Assembly (NCBI GenBank): GCA_013239625.1
Contig: MU054187.1
Location: forward strand, 5,279,757-5,343,756
Direction: 5' to 3'
DNA from: Lama guanicoe
Taxonomy: Eukaryota
DNA length: 64,000 bases
Shown: positions 51,861-64,000 of the stretch, in pieces
Layout: each line of letters opens with the position of its first letter
How positions within the stretch are numbered: position 1 is the first letter of the stretch
Made by a program: the position numbers and the translations under genes
Notes under the pieces: generated by a model
What the model saw: the letters and a program-made list of their open reading frames with translations, nothing else
The model's database searches: none
Told to the model about the DNA's origin: nothing

Positions 51861-54775
51861 CTTGCAATGACTATCTAAGGGCAGGGCTCCTTCTGTGGGA
51901 CCCTCCATCACTTCAGGCGTTCTTCATAGAACACTTTGCAAGAGTTGAAGAAATGGCAGGATAAGATAACACCGGACTGATGTATAGCTTCTGGCTGCAA
52001 TATGGATTTTCACAAGTGAAATATCTTATGGCTTCAGCAAAAGAATTTGTGCGTATTTCTTGTAAGTGGCGAAACCAGAGTTGTGGAGGGTTTGCTAGAG
52101 ATGGTTGTTAATTTGGTGGAGAATGATGTGGATGCAAAGAGTGGAACACGGCGAAACAAAGGCAGGCAGAAGTTAACAGTTCTGATGTTAGGGTCGAGGC
52201 TGTAAATTTACTCTCTCATTGGTAAGAGAGTGTATCTCCATCATACAATACTGAAGAAATTATAGCCAATGTGTAGCAAGGAATCTATTGTTTCAAAAAT
52301 CATCTTTGGTGGAAATATCTGTATTTCTCAAAAGAAGACTAATTGCAGACAGCATCTCTTTATCCTGGACTGAATCAAATATAGCGACCTGAATTGGTGT
52401 TTTTTTGCGTATTTCTGTGTTCTACCTGGCAGGGGTGTGCCTGGGCAGTGGTTCACTTAATGACAATGGAATTCCATGTAGAATACATTTTTCAGCCCTT
52501 GCTGATTTGAATCTACTTCCTCAAAGCTCATTGCATGAAGAAGTGACATGACTGATGTCGAATTGTGTAATATTGAATCATTTCAGATTGGCTTTGTTTT
52601 CATAGGGTTTGCTAGATTGTACACCCTTTTCAATCTATGTCAGTGGTCACACCTGCTACTATTTTATTATTTCTGTAACAACGCAGAAATTCGCCCTCCT
52701 GCTTTGTATACCTCATGCTGCACAGATGCAGGGGCCTCGGCTGGAACAGCGTGTGGCAACTTTCAGAAGTGTAATTCTTCCTTGGACGTTCATAACAAAT
52801 CAGCAGCTTTCAAAGACAGCTTTGGGGAAAAAAAAGAGATTACTTTTAATGAAAAGAACTTCACATTTACCATCTATTACAAAAATTCAAGCGTATAGAA
52901 CTTGGAGCAAAAAGACAGGACAGAATAAACCAGCATTGTGTTCAATCACAAAAATGTTGGAAGTACAAAAGACACAAAAGATGCTGCACTGAAGAAGAAC
53001 ATAAGGTCACAGAGGAGGAAAAAAAGTGAACTACAGTGATAAGAGGAGGTGAGATGTGATTGTCTGTGTACCCAAGGGTAGGTACCACAGAGGCCTAAAA
53101 CTCATAATTGCTAACAATCATCTCTTGAACGCATACTTCAGACTCCAACACTGAAATTCAGAAAGTCGGAGTGATGGAAAGAAGGTAAATTTGTACCGCG
53201 AAGGATATTCTGAATAATTATGAGCACTGTGTTGTAAAAGGAACCATTTTTTAACTTGCAAAATATATAGTTTTGGAATAGAATGAATAAACAGGTAGAG
53301 AATGTATTTTTTAAATTGCTGCCAAAGGATAAAAAGGAAACAAAAATGCCTATTCTCTCTTTGTCCTGGTGATTCCGTCTGGCTTTTCCATCATTTGTGC
53401 AGCAAGAACTACTTTTCCTCCTTTGGGGAGTCAATCAATTAATTACTCCAATTGAGTACTTTAATTGGCGAATTATACGTAGATTCCGTGGGAGCCATTT
53501 TTCAGCCCCGGCAAGGTGGAGTTAGATCAACTCACCTCGTACCTAATGTGAATTTCTCTCTCTTTTCTGAAACAATTCTTCTCTAGACAGTTGAGGGCTG
53601 GTATCATCTAGAGCCATATGTGCAAGGTGGGAGATGGCTTGAATTCCTTACAGAAGCTGCAATTTAGTAAAGAAAAGGTTCTCTGGTGGTCATGTGTGTG
53701 ATAAATTCCACACACCAGGGGCATGTCCACCTTCCTTGCAACTCTGCCTGCCACTCATTCTAAGAGAGGTTTTTTTTTTGTTTTTTGTTTTTTTTTTTTA
53801 TAATTTTCCTCCTCTCCAAATGTTAACTCTGATTTTTCTCTGTCTTCACAGAAACTCTTTTGCAGGGCTGGGCCTTCGTGTTCTGTCTCTGCCTTCCTGC
53901 ATGGCAGAGGGGAGAACTTCACAGCTTTAAAAAAAAAAAAAAACCCTGCCAGTGCAGAACTTATCCAAGAGCTGCCTTCACTTCATGTGAAGAAAAACAG
54001 TGTCTTTGTAGGTTAACCAGGCTGCTCCCTATTGTGGAAGAAGAAATATGTCACCAGATCCATTATATTTTCTGCTCTTCTTGACAGAACTCATAAGTGC
54101 TTAATGTCTTACTCGAGTGTTACAATCTGCTCAACTCAGTTGCCTGAGAAACACCTTTCCCTTCTGCTTCCTTCAGATGGTATCTGTTTTGGTTTAGCCT
54201 TAAAAATATGTTCAGAAGTAAGTAGGGGACAATTATGTAATTGTACATAGTCAGATTCTTCGGGACTAAATCCATTTTGCTACCAAGGATAGAAAGTTCT
54301 TGAAGACAAGCCCCCCGCCAAGGCTGGGCATCCCAGGCACTTCTTCCATTTTCAGGGTTTGCTCCCTAGCTCCTCCCTTTCCTTTTCTGCAGTATCTTTT
54401 TGGTCCTTATGATAAATTTTTGCATTGGTATGCCCTGATGATCTGGTGTCTCTTGCATTAAAAAACAAAAAAACAAAAAACAACGACTTTGTTCCATAAA
54501 CTCACTTCCTCCTCTAATGAACGTCTCACCTTTCAGTCTCCACAGAGAAGTGCCTCCAGCCCCCAGCCTCTTCTCCACCGGGCATCCACCCACTGCTCTT
54601 GCCAAGGGCTCTGTGATCCCCCTGTTGCCAAATCCCAGGGCTGCGTTCCGCCTTTTCTCTCACTTGATGTCTCACCTGCGTGTGACGCAGTTGATGAAGG
54701 TTTTGGAAACACTTTGTTTGGGGACGTTCACGACATACCTCGTTCTGCTGGCTTTCCTTCTAGCTCATGGCCATC

Positions 54776-57100
54776 CCTTAAGTTGAAACTCAGCTTTATC
54801 AAGGTGTAATTCATGTACATAAATTCACTCCTTTTTAGGTATTCAGCTGGATGGTTTTGAGAAACACAGAAAGTACCATAACCTGTACCAGGACTACTTC
54901 CATCAGCCCCGGGTCTCCGTTACGCCCTTTCGTCGTCCCTCTCTCCCCACCTCCCCCAGCCCCTGGCAACCACTGATCTCATTTCTCCCTAGAGTCCTGC
55001 CTTTTCCAGAATGTCTTAATGGGAATATATGTATGTGTGGCCTCTTTCTTCTGAGTGTTTTCACTTAGCACCGCGCTTCCGGGAACCATCCGTGTTGTTG
55101 CACATCTGTACTTCATTCCCCTTTATTGCTGAAAGCAAAAAAAAGGGCCGTTGTCTGAATGCACCACAATTTGTTTATCCATTCACCTGATGATGGACAT
55201 TTCGATTAAAACTAACTTTGATGATTATGAATAAATTTGCTATATACCTTTGCATACAGTGAAAGTATATATTTTCCTTTTTTTTTTTGTAAATACCAAA
55301 GAGGAGGATTGCTGAGTCGTATAACAGACATATGTTTACATTTATAAAAAATAGCTAAATTGCTTTCCAGTTCACATTTCCGTCAGCAATGTTTCAGGGT
55401 TTTCGTTGCTCTCCGTCTTTACAAGAACTTGGTATTATCAAGTTTTAGCTACTGTAACATTTGTTTGATAGTATTTCATAGTGATTGTAATTAACACTTT
55501 CCCAAAGATTAAAGATTTTGAGCATCTTTTATATGTTATTTGCCATATTTAGCTATTCTTTGGTGAAGTTTCTGTTGGAATATTTTATGGACTTTTTTTC
55601 AATTGGGCTTTTAGTTTTCTTATTATTGAGTTGTAAGAGTTACTTATATATTCTGAATACACATATTTTATCAGGTACATGTCTTGACAATATTTTTGAG
55701 TCCGTGGCTAGTCTTTGCACTTCAGGTGTCTTTTGAAGAGCGGAAGTTATACATTTTAATTTTAGCCTATCAGTTTTGTTTTCTACTGTTGGTGTTTTTT
55801 GAATTCCACTTAAGAAATATTTGCTTAATTCAAGGTCGTGAAAGTTTCCTTCTATATTTTTTTATGAGTGTTTTGCTTAGTCTTGGACGTTTTGACATAT
55901 CTTCCTGTTACTGGTTTCTTACATAATCCCATTGTGGTCAAATGCATGCTTTGTATGATTTTAGTAATTTTTGCTATTCAGACTTGTTTTATGGTTCAGA
56001 AAATGAACTTGAGGAATATTTCACGTGCAGTTGAAAAGAGTGTGCATTCTGTTGTTATTGGAAAGTTGTTCTGCAAGTGTCAGCAGGGCTGTGTTGGTTG
56101 AGTTTTGTTGTTCTTGTTTAGGTCTTTTAAGCCCTGACTGCTTTCTCTATTTCTGGATTGATTACTGAGGAGGAATGTCAAAACCTCCGAGTACCACTGA
56201 GGTTTTTGCCTATTTCTCCCTTTCATTTCTATCAGGTCCCCTTTCATATATTATAAAGGGCTTTGCTAGGTACATATACACATAGGTTTATTTTGTATTC
56301 TTGATAAAGAGGCCCCTCTCTGGTTAAGTAATATTCTTTTTTATCTTTGGTAATGTTCTTTGTTCTGAAATCTACATAGTCTCCCCCAAAGCTCAGTTTC
56401 TTAGATTCCATGTCCTTCTCTTTTTTGGTTTACTCCCTGGTTTTGGTGAATATCTTCTAATAGCTTTCTTAAAAGAATGAAAGATAGGTAAATATTTTTT
56501 TTACTTGCATATGAACGGGAGCAGACTATGTGACCCCAAAATATGCCACTTTGGCATGTGGATTATCTTGAACTGAAGGCAATCAAGACCCAGCAGACTC
56601 AAGAAAAAATTTTGCCCTCTCCCTTAACTACCTAAAATAATTTATCTAGGGAGCCTGGCTATTTCTATCACCAGGGGTAGCTTTTATCTGGATGACCAAT
56701 CTGTATGGCAGGGCAGAGATCTAACTACCAACACCTGCCTTTCTTCCTGGCCAGTGAATTGCACTCCTCCCTCGGAAGCCCCAGGCCCCTCTCCTGTGCC
56801 TTAGTGCAGGATGGCGTAAGTTTCAACTGACCGACTTGCCCTTGGGTCTTATTTTTTTGTGGGATTCACGTACATATAGAATTTAATTTTTTTCCTGTTA
56901 ATCTGTCTTATGTCAACTTAATAAATTAGACCAGCCATACAACCTAGAAAAGTAGAAGGAAACATTTTTCCTACCCATCACATGTATGAAATAATTATTT
57001 TTTTAGTATAGTACTCTGGAACTTTTCCTTTAGTATTTGAGAGGTTGACAATCCAGTGGTTGTATTTCATCTTCAGCTTATACGCCTTTTCTAGTTTTTG
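54776..57100 (-). mobile_element. Old L1 (L1MB/ME-like), fragmented and interrupted by an LTR
   Basis: 3' UTR 'cagctttatcaaggtgtaattcatgtacat...ccctggcaaccactgatctc...ccttttccagaatgtc'; ORF2 3' text to ~55870; EN-region text 'gaatatttcacgtgcagttgaaaagagtgtgcattctg'. Confidence 0.8.
56512..56980 (+). mobile_element. Solo ERV1 LTR, MER34/MER39-like
   Basis: TG...CA ends; 'gaccccaaaatatgccactttggcatgtggattatcttgaactgaaggcaatc' and 'cctgttaatctgtcttatgtcaactt'; possible 4-bp TSD cata/catg. Confidence 0.8.
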
Positions 57101-57620
57101 ACACTTTCTTGTAAGACTTTCTCGTCAACTGTTTCCACGTTTCCTGGTTCTCCTCTTATACTTCTGATCCCTCCTTTCTAGTGTGTGGGTGGCTCTTCCT
57201 CTTGCACGCCCTGTCTTTGGGTGTCTTATTTCCTCCTCTGTACGTTCTCCCCCGGAGTCTCACCCACGCTTACGCATCCAGCTTCTAGTCGTTTGCTTGG
57301 CGTACCTCAGTCACAGCCTCGCTCCTGTGTTCAGACTCGACAGTCTACTGACTCTGAGACGTGCATACCTTCATGCCCCACTGGTTGTTCTAAGTCAACA
57401 TGCCCGGTATACCCTTCCCCTAAATGTCTTCTTCCTCTAGACTTCTTTATTTTTAAATAATGTCATCACCCATTTAGATGCCTAAATCAAGAATGCTGAA
57501 ATAAATCTTTATTTCTTACCTCCACAGGCAATCACCAAATTTTATCAATTCCGTGTGCTAAATAGATTCTTTATATTCCCCTCCTCCTACACACAGTTAG
57601 AGCAGAGATAGTTTAGTGCA

Positions 57621-57734
57621 ATACAGATTGGTCATCCAGATAAAAGCTACCCCTGGTGATAGAAATAGCCAGGCTCCCTAGATAAATTATTTTAGGTAGT
57701 TAAGGGAGAGGGCAAAATTTTTTCTTGAGTCTGC
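57621..57734 (-). repeat. 114-bp perfect inverted copy of 56593-56706
   Basis: Its reverse complement is identical base for base to the LTR interior. Confidence 0.95.
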
Positions 57735-58671
57735 AGAAACATTGGTATCAGCCCAAGATAAACATGGTGGTTTTAATAATGACAGTATCTACCTCTAGGG
57801 TCACTGTAAGCAGTAAGTAAGCTAAGGTGTGTGAAGATCTCAGTGTAGTAACCGCTATATCCTAAGTATTCAGTGAGTGTTTGCTGATATTATTTGTATT
57901 GTTATAAATATGTTCTTCACTTGTGCCTTCCAAATCCTAGTGGCTTGATGGTTATTATTTCTGTTTTATCAATAAGGAAATTGGAAGTTTATGAGATATT
58001 AAATAGCCTGCCTGTTATTACACAAGTAGCTCATGGATTAAAATCAAATCCTATTCATTTCCAAATTCTGGGCTTTAGGTGTGGTGTTTGAATTTCAGTT
58101 TTGCATTTAATAAAAATAAATGGCTTGCATCTTTAGGTAAAACTGAGGTACAGTCAATTACATAACTTTTATTCTTACAGAAGAGAAAGCACGTGTGTTC
58201 TTTAAGGGACACACCCCTTACACTGACACTGAATTGTGCAAGCTGTGTCTTACGTTGAACTTCAGGGAATAGTGTTTTGCAGTAGACAATGTCTTCAACA
58301 ACATTTTTACAGGACGTATAATAACACATTTCATATGACTATTTCTATGTTATAAATTGGGAGGATACAATATTCAAACACACTATTATTTCAAATCTGA
58401 ACAGAATTAGAGGAACATAGTTTAGCTCTAAATTCCAATGGCTGCCAAAGTTATACAATATGTAGAATAATTGTATAATTTAATTGTTGAATGGAACTCA
58501 GGAAGCCGAGAGCATTCTGCATTATAAACAGCTCAGCTACTTTCGCTTCCATGGAAGTATTTTATTTCTCAATTTGTCTGCTACTGTTCTAATATTAGAT
58601 TACCTTTTTCTTTCAGCTTTCCTCAACTATGACTTTTCTAAACAAAATTTCCATATCTATTATTTATTTAT

Positions 58672-59184
58672 GTTATTTTTTTATTGAGGTATAGTTGATT
58701 TATAATATTATACTACTTTCAGATGTACAGCTTAGTGATTCAAAAATTTTCATAGATTATATCCCATTTATACTTATTATAAAATATTGGCTACATTCCT
58801 GGCATTGTACAGTAAATCCTTGTAGCTTATTTTATCCATAATAGATTGTATCCACCCCTACCTTAGGTCCCCCATAATAGATAATCCCCTACCCCTATAT
58901 TCCCGCTCCCCTCTTCCCTGCCCCACTGGTAACCACTACTTTGTTCTCTGTATCTGTGAGTCTGTTTCTTTTTTGTTATATCCACTAGTTTGTTTTATTT
59001 TTTAGATTCCATATGTAAGTGATAACATAGAGTATTTGTCTTTCTTTGTCTGGCTTATTTCACTTAGCATAATACCCTCCAGTTTCATCTCTGCCGTTGC
59101 AAATGGCAAGATTTCATTCTTCTGTATGGCTGAGTAATATTCCATTATATATTTATATACACACACACACACCACATCTTCTTA
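58672..59184 (-). mobile_element. Cetartiodactyl-type L1 3' UTR
   Basis: 'ttttattgaggtatagttgatttataatatt...ccccactggtaaccactactttgttctctgtatctgtgagtctg...ctggcttatttcacttagcataataccctcc'. Confidence 0.9.
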
Positions 59185-62099
59185 ACAGCCATTTCCTTTC
59201 TTATAGTAATTTTCCCATAATCCCCTGGAATTATGGAATTCCACTGAAGGCGTGGAAGGGAGGTTCCCTCTGGAGGATCAAAGCTGTCTGTTTTCACACT
59301 CTTCGATCTTGTGTTCTTTTGCTTCTCTTGGTTTGTTCCTTTCTCTTTCACTGCTGTAGTTCTGGCCCCACCACATGTTCTCACTTGGGGGTTTTCTATC
59401 CATTAATGGGGTCCCCTAGTTGATTCAGTAGCCATCACTGTTTCTACACTACAGCTTTCTCCAACTAACTGATCCAAATTTTCCAAAAGGGTAATTTGCT
59501 TAGGCTTTGATAGAAGTTGGAGTAAACTGACTAAATTCAGTGCTTTGATGTTGGGAAGATGCAATCGTATGGTAGGAATAAAGACAGACTAACAGAATTC
59601 AGGATGATACAGCAAGAAATCAAAGCAGGAACAGAAATTTGGGAAGTATATTTAAAGCTCCAAGGTACTAGAAAGATGTGAGGTTATAACTCGCTAATGT
59701 GTAAAGCTTTTAAATATCCTCCAATCTGCTTTTGGACTTTCTTTCTCCATATTAAGATGATGCTTCTTGATGTAAAAATAAAAGCATCAAGCTAATTTGG
59801 CAATTGTTTTAAAGTTGACTTAGACTAGACCAAATTTCTTCCCAACAAGCATTTTCACAAGGGCTCATTGGCTTCTGATACAGTCTTGCTGTGAAGCTGT
59901 TTCATGAACCATTTTGTTGAGCCAGATTACACACAGAATCTATTTCCTGTGAGCATCATGGCTGAGAGACCTCCTTGCAAGCCAATCTTCCAGTTAAATG
60001 CTCCAAATTACCAGTTAATTGCTCTAGCCTGATGCAACTGGCTTATGCATCTTCCAGATACCAAGTCTAAAGGAAATAGTGCAGATAACTGCAAATTATC
60101 CAGTGGATTTTAAACCATTTATTTGGCTAATCAAATATTTTGAACATGTTTAGCATTTACCCAAATGTACCTGAATTGAGAAAACTCACATTCTCAGAAC
60201 TGCATATTTTTTCTCATTAAGTGGTATAGATAGTGATTAATAAACCTAAATTATGAAGTCAACATCTTAATTGCTAATGTGCTTGAATGCTCCTAAGAAA
60301 ATTTGGTGTTATTCAATTTATTTTGCATACCATAATGTATTTCATGAAAAAGAACACACCTGTGTCATTAATTACAAAAGAAATATGTGTGCAGAACAAA
60401 GTGAAGACCACTGGTGTGGATTACTGGTGGCCGAATTATCATCTGAGTTTTAAAAGGACTATCCCATAAAAATAATATCTTCAGCCTAATAACTTAATTC
60501 ATATTCAAAATGTCTTTAGATGCCTCATCCAGACTTGGAAATGAATGCAAACCTGCCTTATTAAATAACAATATAACTATATAGCTTTAATGAAATTGCA
60601 AAAAATAAAGACTTTTGAATTACAATAGGTCACCCATGCAGAATAATTCATGCACAATACAGGATTCCAATTGGGGACTGATTTAATACTGATGTTAATG
60701 AAGTGCCAAGAAGAGAGTGAGTAATAGGGTGAAATTCTTTTGTAGCAATTTCCAGCAGAGGGCTTTTTTTTTTTTTTTTGGTAATGAAACTTTCTTAGAA
60801 ATTTCAATTGGAGCAATTTCTTTTGGGTGGGAGGGTTTGATTGAAAAGAGAGAGAGGAAAAGATGAAGAGAACTAAGGGTGAGTAAGGGGGAAACTTATT
60901 ATCTTGGGTCTTTGTGAAATAAAAATTTGCTCGTGTAGTATAAAATGAGATTGACTAGAAGTAAAAATGAAATGAGCCCACCTGGTACATTTTCCAAGCT
61001 GAACAAAATGCGAACAAAAGAAACAGTGAAGAATAAAGACATTTTTGTGAATGTAACCAGTTTTAATGACCTTGTGGTCCTTTGATATGTCCTTTAAAAA
61101 ATTGCCATTCCCTAAGGTAACAACTTCGAAATATCACAGAATTTAAGTCATGAGTAAAATAAAAATGCATCTTATCACCACAGTTAAAGATATCATTTTC
61201 CAAAAGGATTATAACAAGAAAATACCATTTCAAGGGATTGAATTTATTCAGTGGAAGTAGTGGTTCTAATCTCATTACCATCTTTATTTTAGGAAACCGT
61301 CTGCAAAATTATACACGTGCCAACTCACCTGTTCTAGAAACTACGCTGACTGACTTGATATGGTACTTGCTTGTGGCAGCTGGATCCTATTTACCGGATT
61401 CACCAACTGCAGGACATTTACGGAACAGAAAAAGCCCTAAAGCAGAATGCTGGATGGCTTAATAAAGCATAATTTTTATATATTTCAGAAGATGTTAAGC
61501 TCACTACTACACCTGGCTCTTGTAATATTTGAGCAATGGTGGACTTTACCTGTCACCCTTGCATTCTGATTTAGAAATCTAATCCGGAACACATTTCTTT
61601 CCTTCTCTCATTTTGTTTGTGAGGCTCTTTTCTGTGACCCTTTGAGGATATGAGGTCCTTAACTTTCCCCCAAGACTATAAAGAATGAAACATACAAAAT
61701 TCATCTTTTGAAAATAAAAATACTTCTTCTGTTTATATAAAATTTTGCTGGGGTTTGCTACATTCTGGCATCCTCTTGTGTGTGCCATATTAATATATAT
61801 AAATTCTCCCTTTACTAATAAGGTCCTTTGGTGTGAAATCTTCAACAGGTCCCTGTTATATTAATGGTTCCAACTTGAAAGAGTTGATATGTCCAAGACA
61901 CATAGACCAGTCACTTGCATTTGTGGTCGAGTCCCAGAAGCAAGGACAATAAATTATCTCTTCTTGTGTGTAAACAATAGGGTCTTAGGCAGTATTTGCT
62001 GACCAAATGTGTGAGTCATGAGTTCTGATAAGAATTCTCCAAGTTTAAAATTTCTATGATTGAATCTTGCTTCCTATGAGCTGCCAGTTAAAATTATTT

Positions 62100-63200
62100 G
62101 ATTTGTTTATGTATATTTAATTATTTATCAAATATTTATTGAGCACTTGTTATAAGTAAAATATAGTGATAAAACCAGTGGGAGGCAAAATACACACCCT
62201 TTGGCCTCAAAATACACTGTCTTTTTTTTCAGATTATTTTCCATTATATGTTATTACAGAAAATTCACTATAGTTCCCTGTACTATACAGCAGGTCCTTG
62301 TTGTTTATCTATTTTATATATAGTAATGTCCATCTGTTAATCCTAAATTCCTAATTTATCCCTTCTCTGCCCTTTCCCCTTTGGTAAACATAGTTTGTTT
62401 TCTATGTTCTAAGTCTATTTTTGGTTTGTAAATGAGATTTACATTTTTTTTTAGATCCCACATATAAGTGATATTATATATTTGTCTTTCATTTGAAAAA
62501 CATTGATTGGGTTTCCACTTTGTACGAGATACTATAGTGGATGCTACAGAGGAGTTTAGAAATTGATGGGATGTCGCTTCTTCCTCTAAATGGCTTGTAA
62601 TTCAATGTGTAGTCATGGAATATTTAGAAGTAATTATGGTGAACATTGTACATGTGTATTACAGCCTGCTTTGAGGCTTTTGAGGAGTGAGAACTCATTT
62701 TTGCGTTGAAGACCGTGGAAGGGTCTATGAGGTCTGGTGCAGATAGGATTCTGAGCTTAAAAGGCAGATAGGATTTGACAGCTAGGTTAAAAATTGTATA
62801 TTTCCGTTAGAACAAAAGCATATCACATGTTCAGAGAATAATGAGAACTCAGGTTTTAGGAGAATATAAGGTATGTTTAGGAAACTCGTATAAGACAAAT
62901 CCAGAATGGAAGCTGAGATTAGTTGACTGGTGGGAGAGATAGTCAAGAGATTCGCATTGAATTTAGTAGATAAAAAGAAGCCACTGAAGATATTTGAGCA
63001 GAGAAGTAACAGAGGTGACATATCAGAGCTGCACTTTCAGAAATCTAACCCAATGGCTCGGAGTTTAGAACAGGTTAAAGAAGTGTCTAGTGATGTGGAC
63101 AGTAGGTTGTTTAGGTAAACATATTAAGTTCTGAATTAAGGTGATGAATTAAGGTGATGAGTAGGAAAAAAAAGAGATCAACTGGAAAAGATTGGCTACA
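62100..63200 (-). mobile_element. L2 relic(s) interrupted by an L1
   Basis: 'atcaaatatttattgagcacttgtta'; 'aagccactgaagatatttgagcagagaagtaacagaggtgacatatcagagctgcactttcagaaatctaacc'. Confidence 0.65.
62222..62492 (-). mobile_element. Camelid/cetartiodactyl L1 3' UTR fragment
   Basis: 'cagattattttccattatatgttattacag...tagttccctgtactatacagcaggtccttgttgtttatctattttatatatagt'. Confidence 0.85.
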
Positions 63201-63834
63201 ATCTTAGTCTTAAGAATGTATGCAGCTGTTAAAAAAGGAAAGACATTGGAAAATGGAACTCACTTTTTTCAGCACTTGTATGTTGGGCATGGATGGCCTT
63301 GGGCACCTATAATTGATCTCTTTGAATCATTACAGTGCAGATCAAGATAGATTATATTTTTAGTTGGGTAAGTAATTAGCCCCCTGAGATTCTGCAAAAT
63401 ACAAGAGCCAGATTGAGTTGTTCTAAATAAGAGTTTAATTAATGTTTAAAACTAATTTGTTAGAGGTCTTCTATCTAGTAATTGTCAAAATATACAGTCA
63501 AGTTGGTAAGGCAACTAAAACTCACCTGAAACAGATAGAAAGGCACCCACCCCCTTTTCTAGCTGAAAGTGACCAGCAGTCCCTCCTGTACCATAGATTG
63601 TGAAGACGTCTTTTAAGTTGCAGTTAGAGACCCTTAATGGCAGATCCTCTCTCTGTCAGGAGCTCCACTTCCCTACTTCACGGCTTTCCCAACCTCCTTG
63701 TTCATTTGTGGTTTCTACTTTGAGAATTCAATTTTGTAAGCACTGCCATGTTGCCTAAAAGTGAGGCTTGAAGGCACTTCTTGAATTATCAAGCCCTCTA
63801 TTTCTGGAAAACAGATCCCCTAAAGAAGAGATTA

Positions 63835-64000
63835 AAGATGCAGGTCCGCAGTCTCCGTTCTGACCGAGCCCTAACCCGGGGGAGAGGTGGTTGTGTAAAG
63901 AACCCCCCGGGGACATTTTCGGGAGCACGGATGATTTGTGTGAAGCGCGTGAGCGCCCTGAGGAGCAGTCACTGGGTTGCCTGGAGACATCAGAGAGGCC
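63835..64000. promoter_or_regulatory. CpG-rich edge, possible CpG-island shore
   Basis: About 10 CpGs in the last 165 bp with raised GC; cut off by the window end. Confidence 0.4.

Noticed and set aside
25654-53538. Shared 13-mer ATCAACTCACCTC at ~25653 and ~53526
   Set aside because: Repeated 13-mers are expected by chance in 64 kb and the match does not extend.
4630-54241. Window-wide enrichment of D-boxes and CACGTG E-boxes as a circadian system
   Set aside because: About five TTATGTAA-type hits is roughly what AT-rich 64 kb gives by chance.
63132-63160. 13-bp tandem duplication (similar ones at 4308-4330, ~3468 and ~45946)
   Set aside because: Ordinary slippage duplications with no sign of function.
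1-64000. The many 60-160 aa ORFs as host genes
   Set aside because: No recognisable protein, many non-ATG starts and overlaps on both strands; lengths are as expected by chance. The recognisable ones are L1 or CR1 relics.
1-64000. CRISPR arrays, operons or prokaryotic systems
   Set aside because: The sequence is clearly mammalian; there is no regular repeat-spacer array or gene-dense segment.

Overview
Non-coding mammalian genomic DNA, very probably camelid (alpaca/camel): it carries a camelid-type tRNA-derived SINE and cetartiodactyl-type L1 3' ends. No host protein-coding exon could be recognised; the ORFs I could assign to anything known are transposon relics (L1 ORF2, CR1/L3 reverse transcriptase). 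The window is a mosaic of repeats (L1 of several ages, L2, CR1/L3, MIR, MaLR and MER34-like LTRs, hAT relics) with five short N gaps between 13 and 20.3 kb. Between the repeats are unique, CpG-retaining stretches that look like enhancers, and the last ~170 bp is CpG-rich. The most notable signals are: three consensus STAT5 GAS sites in 99 bp (25.9 kb); a dense ETS/RUNX/GATA/PU.1/MYB cluster (9.2-9.3 kb); a perfect DR2 nuclear-receptor element beside a D-box/octamer block (41.8-42.7 kb); a 100% identical 114-bp inverted copy of part of an old LTR about 0.9 kb away (56.6/57.7 kb); a 53-bp dispersed duplication (40.6/41.6 kb); and minus-strand splice signals suggesting a lncRNA, including an AG|GTGAGT junction at 63.5 kb. 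The locus cannot be named from sequence alone. Repeat family names and boundaries are assigned by eye and are approximate. I see no well-supported novel multi-gene system.
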